NCBI GenBank assembly: GCA_963761885.1
Contig: CAVXIN010000004.1
Coordinates: 17,994 to 81,993 of the forward strand
Source: an uncultured Gemmatimonadales bacterium
Lineage (GTDB): Bacteria > Gemmatimonadota > Gemmatimonadetes > Gemmatimonadales > GWC2-71-9
Length of the DNA: 64,000 nt
Reading direction: 5' to 3'
In this document: positions 21,801 through 31,854 of the stretch, one piece after another
Layout of the letters: the number at the start of each line of letters is the position of its first letter
Position numbering within the stretch: the first letter of the stretch is position 1
Notes under the pieces: generated by a model
Told to the model about the DNA's origin: nothing
Database searches by the model: none
Seen by the model: the letters and a program-made list of their open reading frames with translations, nothing else
Program-made: the position numbers and the translations under genes

Positions 21801-22128
21801 CCCTGCTTGCCGGTTTCCAGCTCGGTTTCGCTGTGACCCGGATCCTCGGCGGGTCCGGGGGTAGGGTGATCCCGCCGGTCTCGGAGCTGCCGACGACCCG
21901 GTACGTGATATGCACGGTGCTTCGGGTCGAGTTAGTCGCCAGGAACTTGTTGCCGCAGACGTAGATCAGGTCCAGCGGCGCGAGATTGCCCGCCTCCAGC
22001 GTCTGGAGGTCCTGGGGGGGCACCTCCGGCCGGCCGGCGGGCGCTTGCGATCCGTCTTCGGAACAGGCGGCAGCCATGAGGGCGATGCCGAGGCAGGCCA
22101 AGGAGAGCGAACGCCGATCTGAGGGCAT
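18836..22128 (-). CDS. Copper radical oxidase (AA5/galactose oxidase-like) lipoprotein with Kelch propeller, DUF1929, 4 PKD and 2 FN3-like domains (indels)
   Basis: Lipobox MAAAC; LFCSGH (Cys of the Cys-Tyr cofactor), RGRWYPT (Tyr), RAYHS (Tyr/His), GSVTHAFDMN (His); PKD motifs WxFGDG x4. Confidence 0.88.
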
Positions 22129-22488
22129 GAAAATCTCCATCACAACGTCCGACCCTGGGTCGGGACTGCCGGATTTTTGAAGGGGATCACCCGAGGGGGC
22201 GGGCCGCCGTCGCGGATGGACTGCGGCGGGGGTCGTCGAGAACAGTCGGGCGGTCGGTCCTGTCGTAGCATGGGATGTGCCGACGCGCAAAGGATTTGGC
22301 CCCTGCAACACCGGGGTGTTGCAGCGAGCGATTGGCGATCGAGGCACCGTTACGCATACCCAAGCTTAACAACCGCTTACCGTGTGGATGTGATGTGATA
22401 CCTGAAGGAGTCAATACTTCCTCCAATTGCGTCCGCCAGAGGCGGGCCCCAATATTCGCTGCGGCCATGCTACGACACCCGGTGTGAC

Positions 22489-25293
22489 ATGATGGCAACG
22501 ACGCTCGCCTGTCCGACCTGCGCCGAGCCGGTACGACTCGCCGACCGCTTCTGCTCGCGGTGCGGCGACGAGTTGTCGTTGACCTCTCATCCCACCGCGC
22601 TGCTGGAGCGACAGCCACCCCGAGGACGATCCCACCTCGCCGTGGGCCGAAGTGGTCCAGCGGCTTCGGCGTGCCACCGCCGGCGAGTTCGAGGTCGGGC
22701 GCGAGCTCGGCCGCGGCGGAATGGCGGCCGTCTTCCTCGCCCATGAGATCTCGCTCGATCGCAAGGTCGCGATCAAGGTGATGTCGCCGGGCCTGCTGAT
22801 GGGCGACGGAATGATCGATCGCTTCAAGCGCGAGGCGATCACCATCGCGCACCTCAATCACCCCAACATCGTGTCCTGCTATTCGGTGCGCCAGGCGGGC
22901 GGGCTGCACTTCTTCGTGATGCGCTACATCCGCGGCCGCTCGCTCGATCAGCTGATTCAGGATTCCGGGCGCCTCCCGCTCCCGATCGTCCGCTCGATCC
23001 TCTGCCAGGTCGGCTCGGCCCTCACCTACGCCCACCGCTCGCGGGTGGTCCACCGCGACATCAAGCCGGCGAACATCCTGATCGACGAGGACGGCAACGC
23101 CGTCGTCACCGACTTCGGGATCGCCAAGGTGGCGGAGCTGCCGGGCCACACCCATACCGGGGCCCTGGTCGGAACGCCGGCCTACATGAGTCCCGAGCAG
23201 TGCAGCGGCGAGGACGTGTCGGGCGCGTCCGACCAGTACTCGCTGGGCGCCGTCGCCTACGAGATGGTGACCGGGACCGCTCCGTTCACCGGCTCGACAC
23301 TGACAGTGATGCAGTCCCAGGTGGAGCATGCACCGCCTGCCATCCGGGATCGTTGCCCGGAGTGCCCCGCCGATCTCGAGGCCGCCATTCTGCGCATGCT
23401 GGCCAAGGATCCGGCGGAGCGGTTCCCGAACATGGCGGAGGCCAAGGCCGCGCTCGGCGCCGTTCCCCTGATGGAGGACGATCCGCTGCTCGCCGAGCTC
23501 TCCCGGCTGGCCGCCGGCCGCCTCGTCGGCGACGCCGGCCGAGGCTCGGCCATCGGGGCGCACCTCGCCCGTCCCCGCCTCGCCGCCTTCGAGCACCCGG
23601 TCGCGGGATCGGCGGGCGCGCCCGCAGCATCACCATCCTTCCGCCGCCCGCCGAGCTCGTGCACCGGCGACGGCTTCGCCCTCGTCGCGCTGGTCCGCGG
23701 GGACCGCGGGGTCCCCGCTCCCCGGCCGGACGATCGAGTGGACGACCGATGCGCCCGACGTGCTGCATATCGACCGCAATCGAGGAGTGGCCACGGCCGT
23801 CGCCGCGGGGACCGCGCTCCTGTCCGCGAGCTGCGAAGGCGTCCAGGCCCGGGTGCCGGTCTTCGTCCCGGCGGTGGGCCTCGAGGCGCTGGATTCGGCG
23901 ACCGACCGCCGCGCCGCGAGCATCCAGATCTCCGCGCCACCGAAGTCGCTGCGCGCGGGGGACTCCTTCGTCCTGACCGCCACCCCGCTGGACGCCTCCG
24001 GCACGCCGCTCTCCGAGGGGAGCGTGCTCTGGAGCAGCAGTGACGTAGGCGTGGCCGTCGTCGCCGTCGGGGGCTGGGTGGCCGCCCTCGGGCGCGGCCA
24101 GGTGGTGCTCACGGCGACCCGCGACGAGGCCTCCGCCTCGGTGACGGTCGAGGTCGGCCACGCGATCCCCGCCACCCGGCCGCAGCGGCAGCAGAAGCCT
24201 GCGATCGAGGCGGAGGACGCGGAGCCCACGCGGCGAGCGCGCTGGCGTCGGAAGGGCTCCCGGCTCCGGACGGCGGTGTTGCAGGGGGGCGCCGCGACCA
24301 TCGCGGTGATTGGCGGCCTCTACTTGTTCGGCGGCCTGCGCGACTTCAGTTGGCATCGGGGGGGACGATCGGCGATTCCGGCCGATACCGTCGCCGGCAT
24401 CGCCCCGGCGGGCGCAAGCGTGAAGGCCGACTCGATCCCATCCATCGGTCGCGACTCGACGCCGAGTCGCGCTCCGCGACGAATCCGGCGTGTTCCCCAC
24501 GCGGCTCCCGTGGAGCCGGCCTCGGTGAGCATCGCGCCTCACGATGCGGTTGAAGCGGGCGATACCGTCACCCTCACCGCGGAGGTCCTCGACGCTCAGG
24601 GGGCACCGATCGCAGGCGCGGGCGTCATCTGGAGATCGAGCCAACCGAACCTGGCCGCGGTGGACAGCGTTACCGGCCGGGTGAGCGCGAAGGCCCCAGG
24701 CACCGCGTTGATCACGGTGCTCAGCGGCGAAGAGTTCGCGACCTCGTATCTCCGGGTGCTGCCCGATGCCGAGGCGCCTCGCCGACACTCAGGGTTACTC
24801 GCCGATTTCCCCCGAGGCCTCGAGCGAAGCCGAGCCACAGGAGATCGCGATGGCTCCGACCACTCCCCCTCGCGCCTCCGCTCCCCCCAGGAAGACTGCT
24901 CCCGCGCGAGCCCCGGAGCCCTTCGACCGCCGCGCGCTGGAGTCGAGAATGCGACAGGGCGTGGAGGAGTGTTACGGCGCTATTCGGTCGAAGGACGTGG
25001 AGCGCGTGACCCGCATGTACAGTCCGAAGAGCTACGCGGATGAGGACAAGCTGACGCGACTGGTCCGGATTCTCCGGACCGAGCCGTGGAAGGCCAGCGT
25101 CGGGAAGCGGGTGGATGGCGCCCGGGAGATGAACGCCGCGGCGCCGGCGGCGGAATTCAGCTTCCGGCTCGCGTGGACCGGAATGCATGGGGGGCGCCTC
25201 AGCAGTCAGCCGATATTCCGCGCCGAGTTCTCACGCAGCGCTGACGACTGGACGATGTCCAGCTGCCGCATCGTAGGCTCTCCGAAGCTCTGA
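22489..25293 (+). CDS. Hanks Ser/Thr kinase with N-terminal zinc ribbon, three BIG2 Ig-like domains, TM and C-terminal NTF2-like domain (indels)
   Basis: CPTC..FCSRC; LGRGGMAAV, VAIK, HRDIKPAN, TDFG, GTPAYMSPEQ; BIG2 motifs VLWSSSD..VAVV, VIWRSSQPNLAAVDS. Confidence 0.82.
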
Positions 25294-25682
25294 CAGGGCG
25301 TGGCGAGCAGCTCGATGATGCCGGTCCGCTCATAGACCGTCAGCTGGAACGCGGTCCGGAGCACGCCGGGCTCGACGAATGAGACGATCAGCCGCCGTCG
25401 GGGGGCGTGGCCCCGCACCTCATAGGCGACTCGCCCTCCTCCCCAGGGGCTCGGTGTCTCGGAGAGCGGCAGGCACTCCCGCCTAGCGGCGTGGCCCGCG
25501 CCTCGCCCGAACGTGATGAAGCCATCAGTAGACAGATCGAAATGATCGTACCGCGCCCCGAAGCGTTCGAACTCGAATCCGACCGGTAGCGGCCCGGTCG
25601 TCTCGTGTTCCCGTAGCACCATGGTGGTGGCGGTGGTGTCGGATTCGGCCGGGGTAGATATCGAACCGGCTAGCGTTACCAT
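25206..25682 (-). CDS. Hypothetical protein resembling a degenerate nidogen-like beta domain
   Basis: LPVGFEFERFGARY..LSTDGFITF, RVAYEVRGHAPRRRLIVSF, FQLTVYERTGIIE; 3' end overlaps the kinase on the other strand. Confidence 0.5.
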   Translation of the reverse strand: MVTLAGSISTPAESDTTATTMVLREHETTGPLPVGFEFERFGARYDHFDLSTDGFITFGRGAGHAARRECLPLSETPSPWGGGRVAYEVRGHAPRRRLIVSFVEPGVLRTAFQLTVYERTGIIELLATPCQSFGEPTMRQLDIVQSSALRENSARNIG

Positions 25683-25802
25683 TTGGCGTCACTCCTTCGG
25701 CTGAGCAGAGCATCGAGTTCGCCGGAAGCCTCGCCCCCGGCGGTCAAGCCGACGTCAAGTTGCTGTGATCCCGTAGCCTACGACCCCCACACTGAGGTCC
25801 GT

Positions 25803-27707
25803 GTGATCCTCTGCCGTACGCTCGGTCCGATCGAAGTGACCGTGGACGGCGGTCCTGCCCCAGCCGAGCTGCTGTGGCGAAAGCACCTCGCGCTGCTGAT
25901 CTACCTGGCGCGGTCTCCGCGCCGGCTTCGAAGCCGCGATCACCTGGTCGGGTTGCTCTGGGGCGACCGGGGAGAAACGGCTGCGCGTCACTCCCTGAGC
26001 GAAGCGCTGCGGGTCATTCGCCGCCATGTGGGCGACGCTTCCGTGGATACCACCGCCGGTCAGGTGCGGCTCGCCGAAGGCGCCGTCGAGGTGGATGTCG
26101 ACGAGCTTGAGGTGCTGGCGGACGCGGGCCAATGGCAAGCGGCATCCGAGCTGGTGGCGGGAGAATTTCTGGAGGGTTTCTCGGTACCGGGCGCGTCGGA
26201 GTTCGAGGACTGGCTCGCCGCCGAGCGGGCGGGGTGGCGACGCCGCGGGGTCGAGGTGCTGGTGCGCTGCAGCGATGCCCTGGCTCAGGGTGGCAGCACT
26301 CACGAGGCCTCGGCACTGGCCGCGCGCGCCATCGCGCTGGAGCCGACCTCGGAGCTGGCCCTCGGCGCGGCGCTGCGCTGTCTCTCGCTGGCCGGCGACC
26401 GGGCCGGCGCGCTCGACCTCTTCGACCGGTTCCGGGGTCGTCTGTCGGAGGAGCTGGGCACCTCCCCCAGCCCCGACACCGATGCCCTGGTGGAGCGCAT
26501 CCGGAGTGAGCGCGGGCCCCGAGCCGGCGGGGCCGCGGGCTGGGGGGAGGGAGAGCCGGTCGTGCGCGCGCCGCTGGAGGGCCGAGCCACTGAGCTGGGC
26601 CGGCTGCTGGCGGCGGCGCAGGCCGCCGCGCGAGACAGCCGCGCCACGATCGTCGTGGTGGAGGGGGAGTCCGGCGTCGGCAAGACTCGGCTCCTGCAGG
26701 AAGTGACCGCACGCCTGAGGCTGGACGGCTTTTCCGTGGCGGCGTCCCGGGCGGTCGAGGCAGACCGGTCCGAGTCGTGGAGCGGATTGCTGGCTCTCGC
26801 GCGGGGGGGCCTGGTCGGTGCCGCCGGCGTCGGTGGCGCCCCACCTCAGGCGCTGGCCGCCTTCGCGGGCGCGCTGCCCGAGTGGCGCGAGCGATATCCG
26901 GGCGTCGCCCTGGCGGACGCCCAGCCGGTTGCTCGGGCCATGGCGGGGACGCTTCGGGCGGCCGCCGACGAGCGGCCCGTGGTGGTGGCGATCGACGACG
27001 CGCAGTGGCTCGATCCCGAATCCGCATCGGCCCTCGGCGGCCTTCTGCGCGACCTCGCAGACGCGCGGATACACCTTCTGCTCGCGGTCGTTCCCCACCC
27101 CGCTCGACCCGAGCTGGACGAGCTCCGCTCCCGGATCGGCCGCGACCTGCCGGGCGAGGTGATTCGCCTCCGGCCGCTCGATCGCGCCGCCCTGCGGCGC
27201 CTGGCGGAGCGCATGCTGCCCGGGTACGAGTCCATGGCGGTGGATCGCGTCACTCGGCGCGTGGCCACCGATTCAGCGGGGATGCCGCTGCTCGCGGTCG
27301 AGCTCCTCCGTGCCGTCGCGCTCGGCCTCGACCTCGGCACCATCTCCGAAGCCTGGCCGGAACCGCTCCGTACCCTGGACCAGACCTTGCCGGGCGAGCT
27401 GCCCGACGCGGTCGTCGCCGCGATTCGGATCGGGTTTCGCCGCCTGAGTCCCACGGCGCAGCGGGTGCTGGCCGCGGCATCGGCATTGGGAGATCTGGTG
27501 CCGGCTCCCGAGCTCGAGCGAGCCCTCGGGCTCGGTCCCGAGGAAACCGCGCTGGCGCTCGACGAGCTGGAGTGGCACCGGTGGGTGGTGGCGGAACCGC
27601 GCGGGTATTCGTTCGTCGCGCGGCTGGTGCGGCGGGTGATCGAACGCGACATGCTCACGCCCGGCCAGAGGCAGCGCGTGTTGGCGGCCGTCGGGCGTAC
27701 GGAATAG
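25803..27707 (+). CDS. SARP/BTAD transcriptional regulator fused to a STAND AAA ATPase, with no C-terminal sensor
   Basis: RTLGPIEVTVDG, ALLIYLA, RDHLVGLLWG, ARHSLSEAL (wHTH); EFEDWLAAER, EELGTSPSPDT (BTAD); GESGVGKTRL, IDDAQWLD. Confidence 0.9.
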   Translation: MILCRTLGPIEVTVDGGPAPAELLWRKHLALLIYLARSPRRLRSRDHLVGLLWGDRGETAARHSLSEALRVIRRHVGDASVDTTAGQVRLAEGAVEVDVDELEVLADAGQWQAASELVAGEFLEGFSVPGASEFEDWLAAERAGWRRRGVEVLVRCSDALAQGGSTHEASALAARAIALEPTSELALGAALRCLSLAGDRAGALDLFDRFRGRLSEELGTSPSPDTDALVERIRSERGPRAGGAAGWGEGEPVVRAPLEGRATELGRLLAAAQAAARDSRATIVVVEGESGVGKTRLLQEVTARLRLDGFSVAASRAVEADRSESWSGLLALARGGLVGAAGVGGAPPQALAAFAGALPEWRERYPGVALADAQPVARAMAGTLRAAADERPVVVAIDDAQWLDPESASALGGLLRDLADARIHLLLAVVPHPARPELDELRSRIGRDLPGEVIRLRPLDRAALRRLAERMLPGYESMAVDRVTRRVATDSAGMPLLAVELLRAVALGLDLGTISEAWPEPLRTLDQTLPGELPDAVVAAIRIGFRRLSPTAQRVLAAASALGDLVPAPELERALGLGPEETALALDELEWHRWVVAEPRGYSFVARLVRRVIERDMLTPGQRQRVLAAVGRTE

Positions 27708-29447
27708 TTACTTGACCTGGACGATCCTGGCGATGGACGGCACCCCGGAGCCATTCAGGATGAACAGCATGTAATGACCCGGCGGCGTCACCCTGCGATC
27801 GGTCGGAGCGGTCACCGTGAGCCCGGTCGCGTCGCTCGTGAATCCGAGCGCCTGGTAGCGCTGATTCATATCGAAGGCGTGCGTGACGCTCCCCAAACGG
27901 ATGAGGCTGACCTTGGCGATGGCCGCCGCGTTGGGGGTGAGCACGCGGAACCCCACGGTGTAACGGACGACGCCCGGCGCCTTCGTGATCGTCGGCCGCG
28001 CCCCGAGGAACAGGTAGGGCGGCGAGAAAAGCTCGGCGTTGCGCTCGGGCGGCAGACCGGCCCCGTCACCGCTCCCGGTATTGAGCACTCGTCCGTCCGG
28101 CATGAGGATGGACGTGCCGTGATAGCCCCGCACCACCGCATTGCTCGCCAGCGTCTTCCAGGTACCGCTCGAAGGCGACCAGAACTCCGCGGCATGTACC
28201 GGTTTGGTCAGGTCATTGAAGGTGGTGCCCGCTACCCCGCTCGTCGCCAGCACATCACCGGTTGGCAAGACGGTCAGATTGTGGTGCCGTCGCGCGAACG
28301 CCATCGACCCGGTCCACTGCCATGCCGGCTTGGCCAGGTTCAGGTCGATGATCTCGGCCGTGTTCGTGGTGCGGCCGCCCCCGGCGTAGAGCACCTTGCC
28401 AGGCTGGTACATCACCGCGCTGCCGTATTCGCGATTGGCGAACAGGCGCTGGCCCACCGTGGTCCACTTCCCGGGGCTCGCCAGATTGAGATAGCGCGTC
28501 GTCCGATCCTCACCGGCGTAGAACAGCTTGCCGTTGGGGGCCAGGAAGGCGCGGGGATAGTACGGGAGGTTGAGGCTGGCGCCGGTCAGAACCCGGATCG
28601 TGCCGTTGGTCCAGACCTCCGGCAGCGGCACATTCACGCCCGCCTCGTCACGACCCGCGATGATCACCACTTCGCCCTTCGCCATGGTGGTGTTGGTCGG
28701 ATACCACCTGCCCCGCTGCATCGGGGCCGCCGAGGTCCAGCCGGTCGGCCCGAACAGGTTGATGTCGGGAAGGCCGTGGTCATCATCGATGTGGCCCCCA
28801 GCCACGTGCAGCCTGCCGTCGGCCAGGAACGCATGGCCGCTGCAGAACAGCAGGTCGGCGCTGGGAGACGGAGTGAACGAGTTATTGGCCGGATTCCAGA
28901 TCTGGGGATCGCCGAATTTGCCCCACGACAGTACCCGCCCGTCCTTCAGCAAGTGCAGATGGACGGCCACCACTGGCCAGGCCATGGGGGCGCCCCAGGC
29001 TCCCGCATCGGCGACCGCCGCGGCCGTGAGCGACGCGCCCGGTGCCGCAGGCGTGCAGGGCACACCACCGTTCTCTCGCGTCCGGACCCGCGTGCGGTTG
29101 AAGAACAGCTCCACGGTCCCGCGCTGTCGGGTCTCGATCAGTGATTCGCTGAAGGCCGGGTCGTCAGCCGGTGCCGCCGCGATGGTGACCGTGCCCTCCT
29201 CCTCGGTCCCCACGACTCGATAGGTGACGCTCACCGGCACCGAGTAGGCATTGGAGACCAGGAATCGGTTCCCGCACACGTAGGTCAATCGAATCGGCTG
29301 ATCGCTGTCGTCCTGGCCCACCGGCGTGAGCGGGGGATCGGTCCGGGGTCCGGCGCCCGGCTCCGGACCGCCGACGCACGACGGGAGAGCCGCGACGAGG
29401 GCGGCGAGCACCACTCCACCTACCCATCGAAACCGGCGACCCCGCAT
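27708..29447 (-). CDS. Copper radical oxidase (AA5/galactose oxidase-like) lipoprotein, paralogue 2 (intact ORF, no PKD tail)
   Basis: MRGRRF.. plus lipobox LPSC; LFCSGH, RGRWYPT, RGYHG, GSVTHAFDMNQR, PPGHYMLFIL..GVPS (DUF1929). Confidence 0.92.
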   Translation of the reverse strand: MRGRRFRWVGGVVLAALVAALPSCVGGPEPGAGPRTDPPLTPVGQDDSDQPIRLTYVCGNRFLVSNAYSVPVSVTYRVVGTEEEGTVTIAAAPADDPAFSESLIETRQRGTVELFFNRTRVRTRENGGVPCTPAAPGASLTAAAVADAGAWGAPMAWPVVAVHLHLLKDGRVLSWGKFGDPQIWNPANNSFTPSPSADLLFCSGHAFLADGRLHVAGGHIDDDHGLPDINLFGPTGWTSAAPMQRGRWYPTNTTMAKGEVVIIAGRDEAGVNVPLPEVWTNGTIRVLTGASLNLPYYPRAFLAPNGKLFYAGEDRTTRYLNLASPGKWTTVGQRLFANREYGSAVMYQPGKVLYAGGGRTTNTAEIIDLNLAKPAWQWTGSMAFARRHHNLTVLPTGDVLATSGVAGTTFNDLTKPVHAAEFWSPSSGTWKTLASNAVVRGYHGTSILMPDGRVLNTGSGDGAGLPPERNAELFSPPYLFLGARPTITKAPGVVRYTVGFRVLTPNAAAIAKVSLIRLGSVTHAFDMNQRYQALGFTSDATGLTVTAPTDRRVTPPGHYMLFILNGSGVPSIARIVQVK

Positions 29448-29517
29448 ACGGCACTCCGGGCTGAGGCGAATCCGAACCTGACCTATCCTACCCCGCGCCT
29501 GTCAGGAGAGAAAGCAC

Positions 29518-29547
29518 TCGGCCCCGCCGGTGAACCGGCGAGGCCGA
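29518..29547 (-). terminator. Intrinsic terminator-like hairpin after the PKD lipoprotein gene
   Basis: TCGGCC-c-CGCCGG-tgaa-CCGGCG-a-GGCCGA, followed on the minus strand by GTGCTTTCTCT. Confidence 0.6.
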
Positions 29548-29568
29548 TGTGTTGCTGAGCGTGGAGCG

Positions 29569-30563
29569 TTACGGCACGGGGGTGGCCCGGATGGTCAGGA
29601 CCAGGTCGTTGAAGTCCGGCTCGGGCGGGGTGGCATCTTCGCCGTCATCGAACTCCAGCGTCCACTCGGGATACGAGCCGACCACGCGGAGCGCGGGCGC
29701 CACTTCCTGCTTCAGCGACCCCGAGATGACCTCGGCGTTGAGCTCGGTGCCGGCGGCGTACGCATTCCCGTTGTTCAGGTCCCACGACGTCCCCACCGCG
29801 GGCGTGTAGCAGCCGTCGGTGATGAGCACTTCCTCGGCCGGCTGGGTGATTCGGAACGTGTTGTTCCGGGCGGTGCACTCCCGGCTCTCGAGCGTCACCG
29901 TGACGATGGCGTCGTCCTCGAGGAGCAGCGTGCAGTCCACTCCGTCACAGGTCAGGTGCGCCGACGGCGACACCGTGAAGCTCGCGGTCTTGGTGCTGGG
30001 CGCCCCACCGGCGTCGGTCACCGTCAGAGTCGCCACGAACTGGGTGAGCTCGTCCACGTCGTACGCATGCGCCGGCGGATTCTGCACCGTGCTGGTCGTC
30101 CCGTCGCCGAAGGTCCAGGCCCAGGAGGTCACCGGTCCGGTGCTCTCGTCGGTGAAGGTGCATTCGAGCGAGAAGCAGGTGACGGTGAAATCGGCCACGG
30201 CCGCGCTGGCGGCCGGCTCGGTCACGACGACCGTCTCGGTGACCGTCGCCGCGTCGTCCCCGTCGTCGTCGGTGACGGTCAGGGTGACGTCGTAGCTGCC
30301 CGTCGGCCGTGAAGGCGATCTCGCGGGTTCCGGCCGGCAGAGGTCTGACCGTCCCCGAACTCCCAGCTGAACGACTCCACCTGGCCGTCGCTGTCGCTCG
30401 ACAGGTCGGTGAAGGTGCAGTCGAGGTCCACGCACTCGTACGTGAAGCTGGCCGTCGGGGCAACGTTATCCGGATCGGGGTCCGGATCGTTCGAGTCGCT
30501 GCAGCCGGCGGCGGCAAGGCCGAGCACCAGCAGTCCAGCATGCTTCCAGCGCGTCGCGATCAT
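29569..30563 (-). CDS. PKD-domain lipoprotein A with acidic C-terminal domain (indels near 30310-30345)
   Basis: MIATRWKHAGLLVLGLAAAGC lipobox; two PKD repeats (FTYECVDLDCTFTD..WEFGDG); ends WTLEFDDGEDATPPEPDFNDLVLTI. Confidence 0.82.
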
Positions 30564-30622
30564 AGGCTCCTGCCACGGGTTTCGAGGTGATCCACCGGCC
30601 TGCGGTCCTGCACCGGGGGTGT

Positions 30623-30648
30623 CCGCCGGGCCCATTCGGGCCCGGCGG
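30623..30648. terminator. Perfect 11-bp GC hairpin between the two PKD lipoprotein genes
   Basis: CCGCCGGGCCC-attc-GGGCCCGGCGG. Confidence 0.5.
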
Positions 30649-30676
30649 CGGGGGTACTTCCCCAGGTTGTACGGCG

Positions 30677-31701
30677 TTATTCGGTCGCGGTAACCGTCAT
30701 GATGATGTCGTTGAAGTCCGGCTCGCCGGGCCCGGTCGGGTCTTCACCGTCATCGAACTCGAGCGTCCACTGCGGATAGGCGCCGCGTCACGCGCAAGGC
30801 AGGCGCGATGCGGTCCGGATCGTCCGACCCGGAGATCATCTGGGCACGCAGCTCGGTGCCGGCGGCATACGCCGCCCCACCGTTCAGGTTGAAGACGTCG
30901 CCGGCGGCCTGGCTGCAGCCGTCGGTGAACACCGTCTCGTCCGGGTCCGGCGCGGTGATGACCAGCGTGTTGCCGTCCGCGGTGCAGTCCAGGCTGGTGA
31001 TGGTCACCGTGACGGTCGCCGCGTTGGTGAGCGTCAGACCGCATTCCACGAAGGTGCCGCTGCCGTTGTCGCAGACCGTCTGCGCCGGCGGGGCGACGGC
31101 CACCGTCTTGGTGATCGTCGTCGGTGGCGCCGTCATCGTCGGTCACCGTCAAGGCGACGTCGAAATCGGTCAGCTGCGGTGACGCCGGTGTAGGTGTGCA
31201 CCGGGTTGGCCTCGGTGGACGTATTGCCGTCGCCGAAGTTCCACGCATAGGTGGCGATGGTGCCGTCGGCGTCGCGTGCTGGCGTCGGTGAACGTGCACT
31301 CTTCCGCGCTGCAGATGAAGGTCGTAGTCCGCGGTCGGAGGCAGGTTGGTGGCCGAGGTGGAGACGGTCGACGGTCTGGGTCGAGGTGCTGGTCTCGCCC
31401 GCGGCGTCGGTCACCGTCAGGGCGACGTCGTAGGCGCCCGCCGCGGCGAAGGTATGGGCCGGGTTCTGCTCTGCCGACGTGGCGGCGTCGCCGAAGTCCC
31501 AGGCGTAGGTGTCGATGTCGTCCGCCCCATCAGGGTCGGTGCTGGCATCGGTGAAGGTGCAGGCGAGGGCGGTACAGGTGAACGTGAAGTCGGCCGTCGG
31601 GGCCTCGTTGGTCGGCGGGTCGCCGCCGTTGTCGTCACCGCACGCGCCGCCCGCCAGGCCAGCGCAACCGTGAACAGCAGATTCCGATGGAACGATCGCA
31701 T
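30677..31701 (-). CDS. PKD-domain lipoprotein B, paralogue of A (several indels)
   Basis: MRSFHRNLLFTVALA..ACGDD; PKD repeats (YAWDFGD, YAWNFGDG); ends YPQWTLEFDDGEDPTGPGEPDFNDIIMTVTATE* (TAA at 30679-30677). Confidence 0.78.
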
Positions 31702-31854
31702 AGGTTGGTCGAGCCTCGTTGAGAGTCAGGAATGTGGGACGGCCGCACAGCCGACCCTGGGGCGCCGAGGGTGCGAGAGATGTGCCACCCGACAGTTGTC
31801 AATGTTCGAACAGTGCTGAAAATTGCAATGACCTGCGTCACAATATCATAGACG

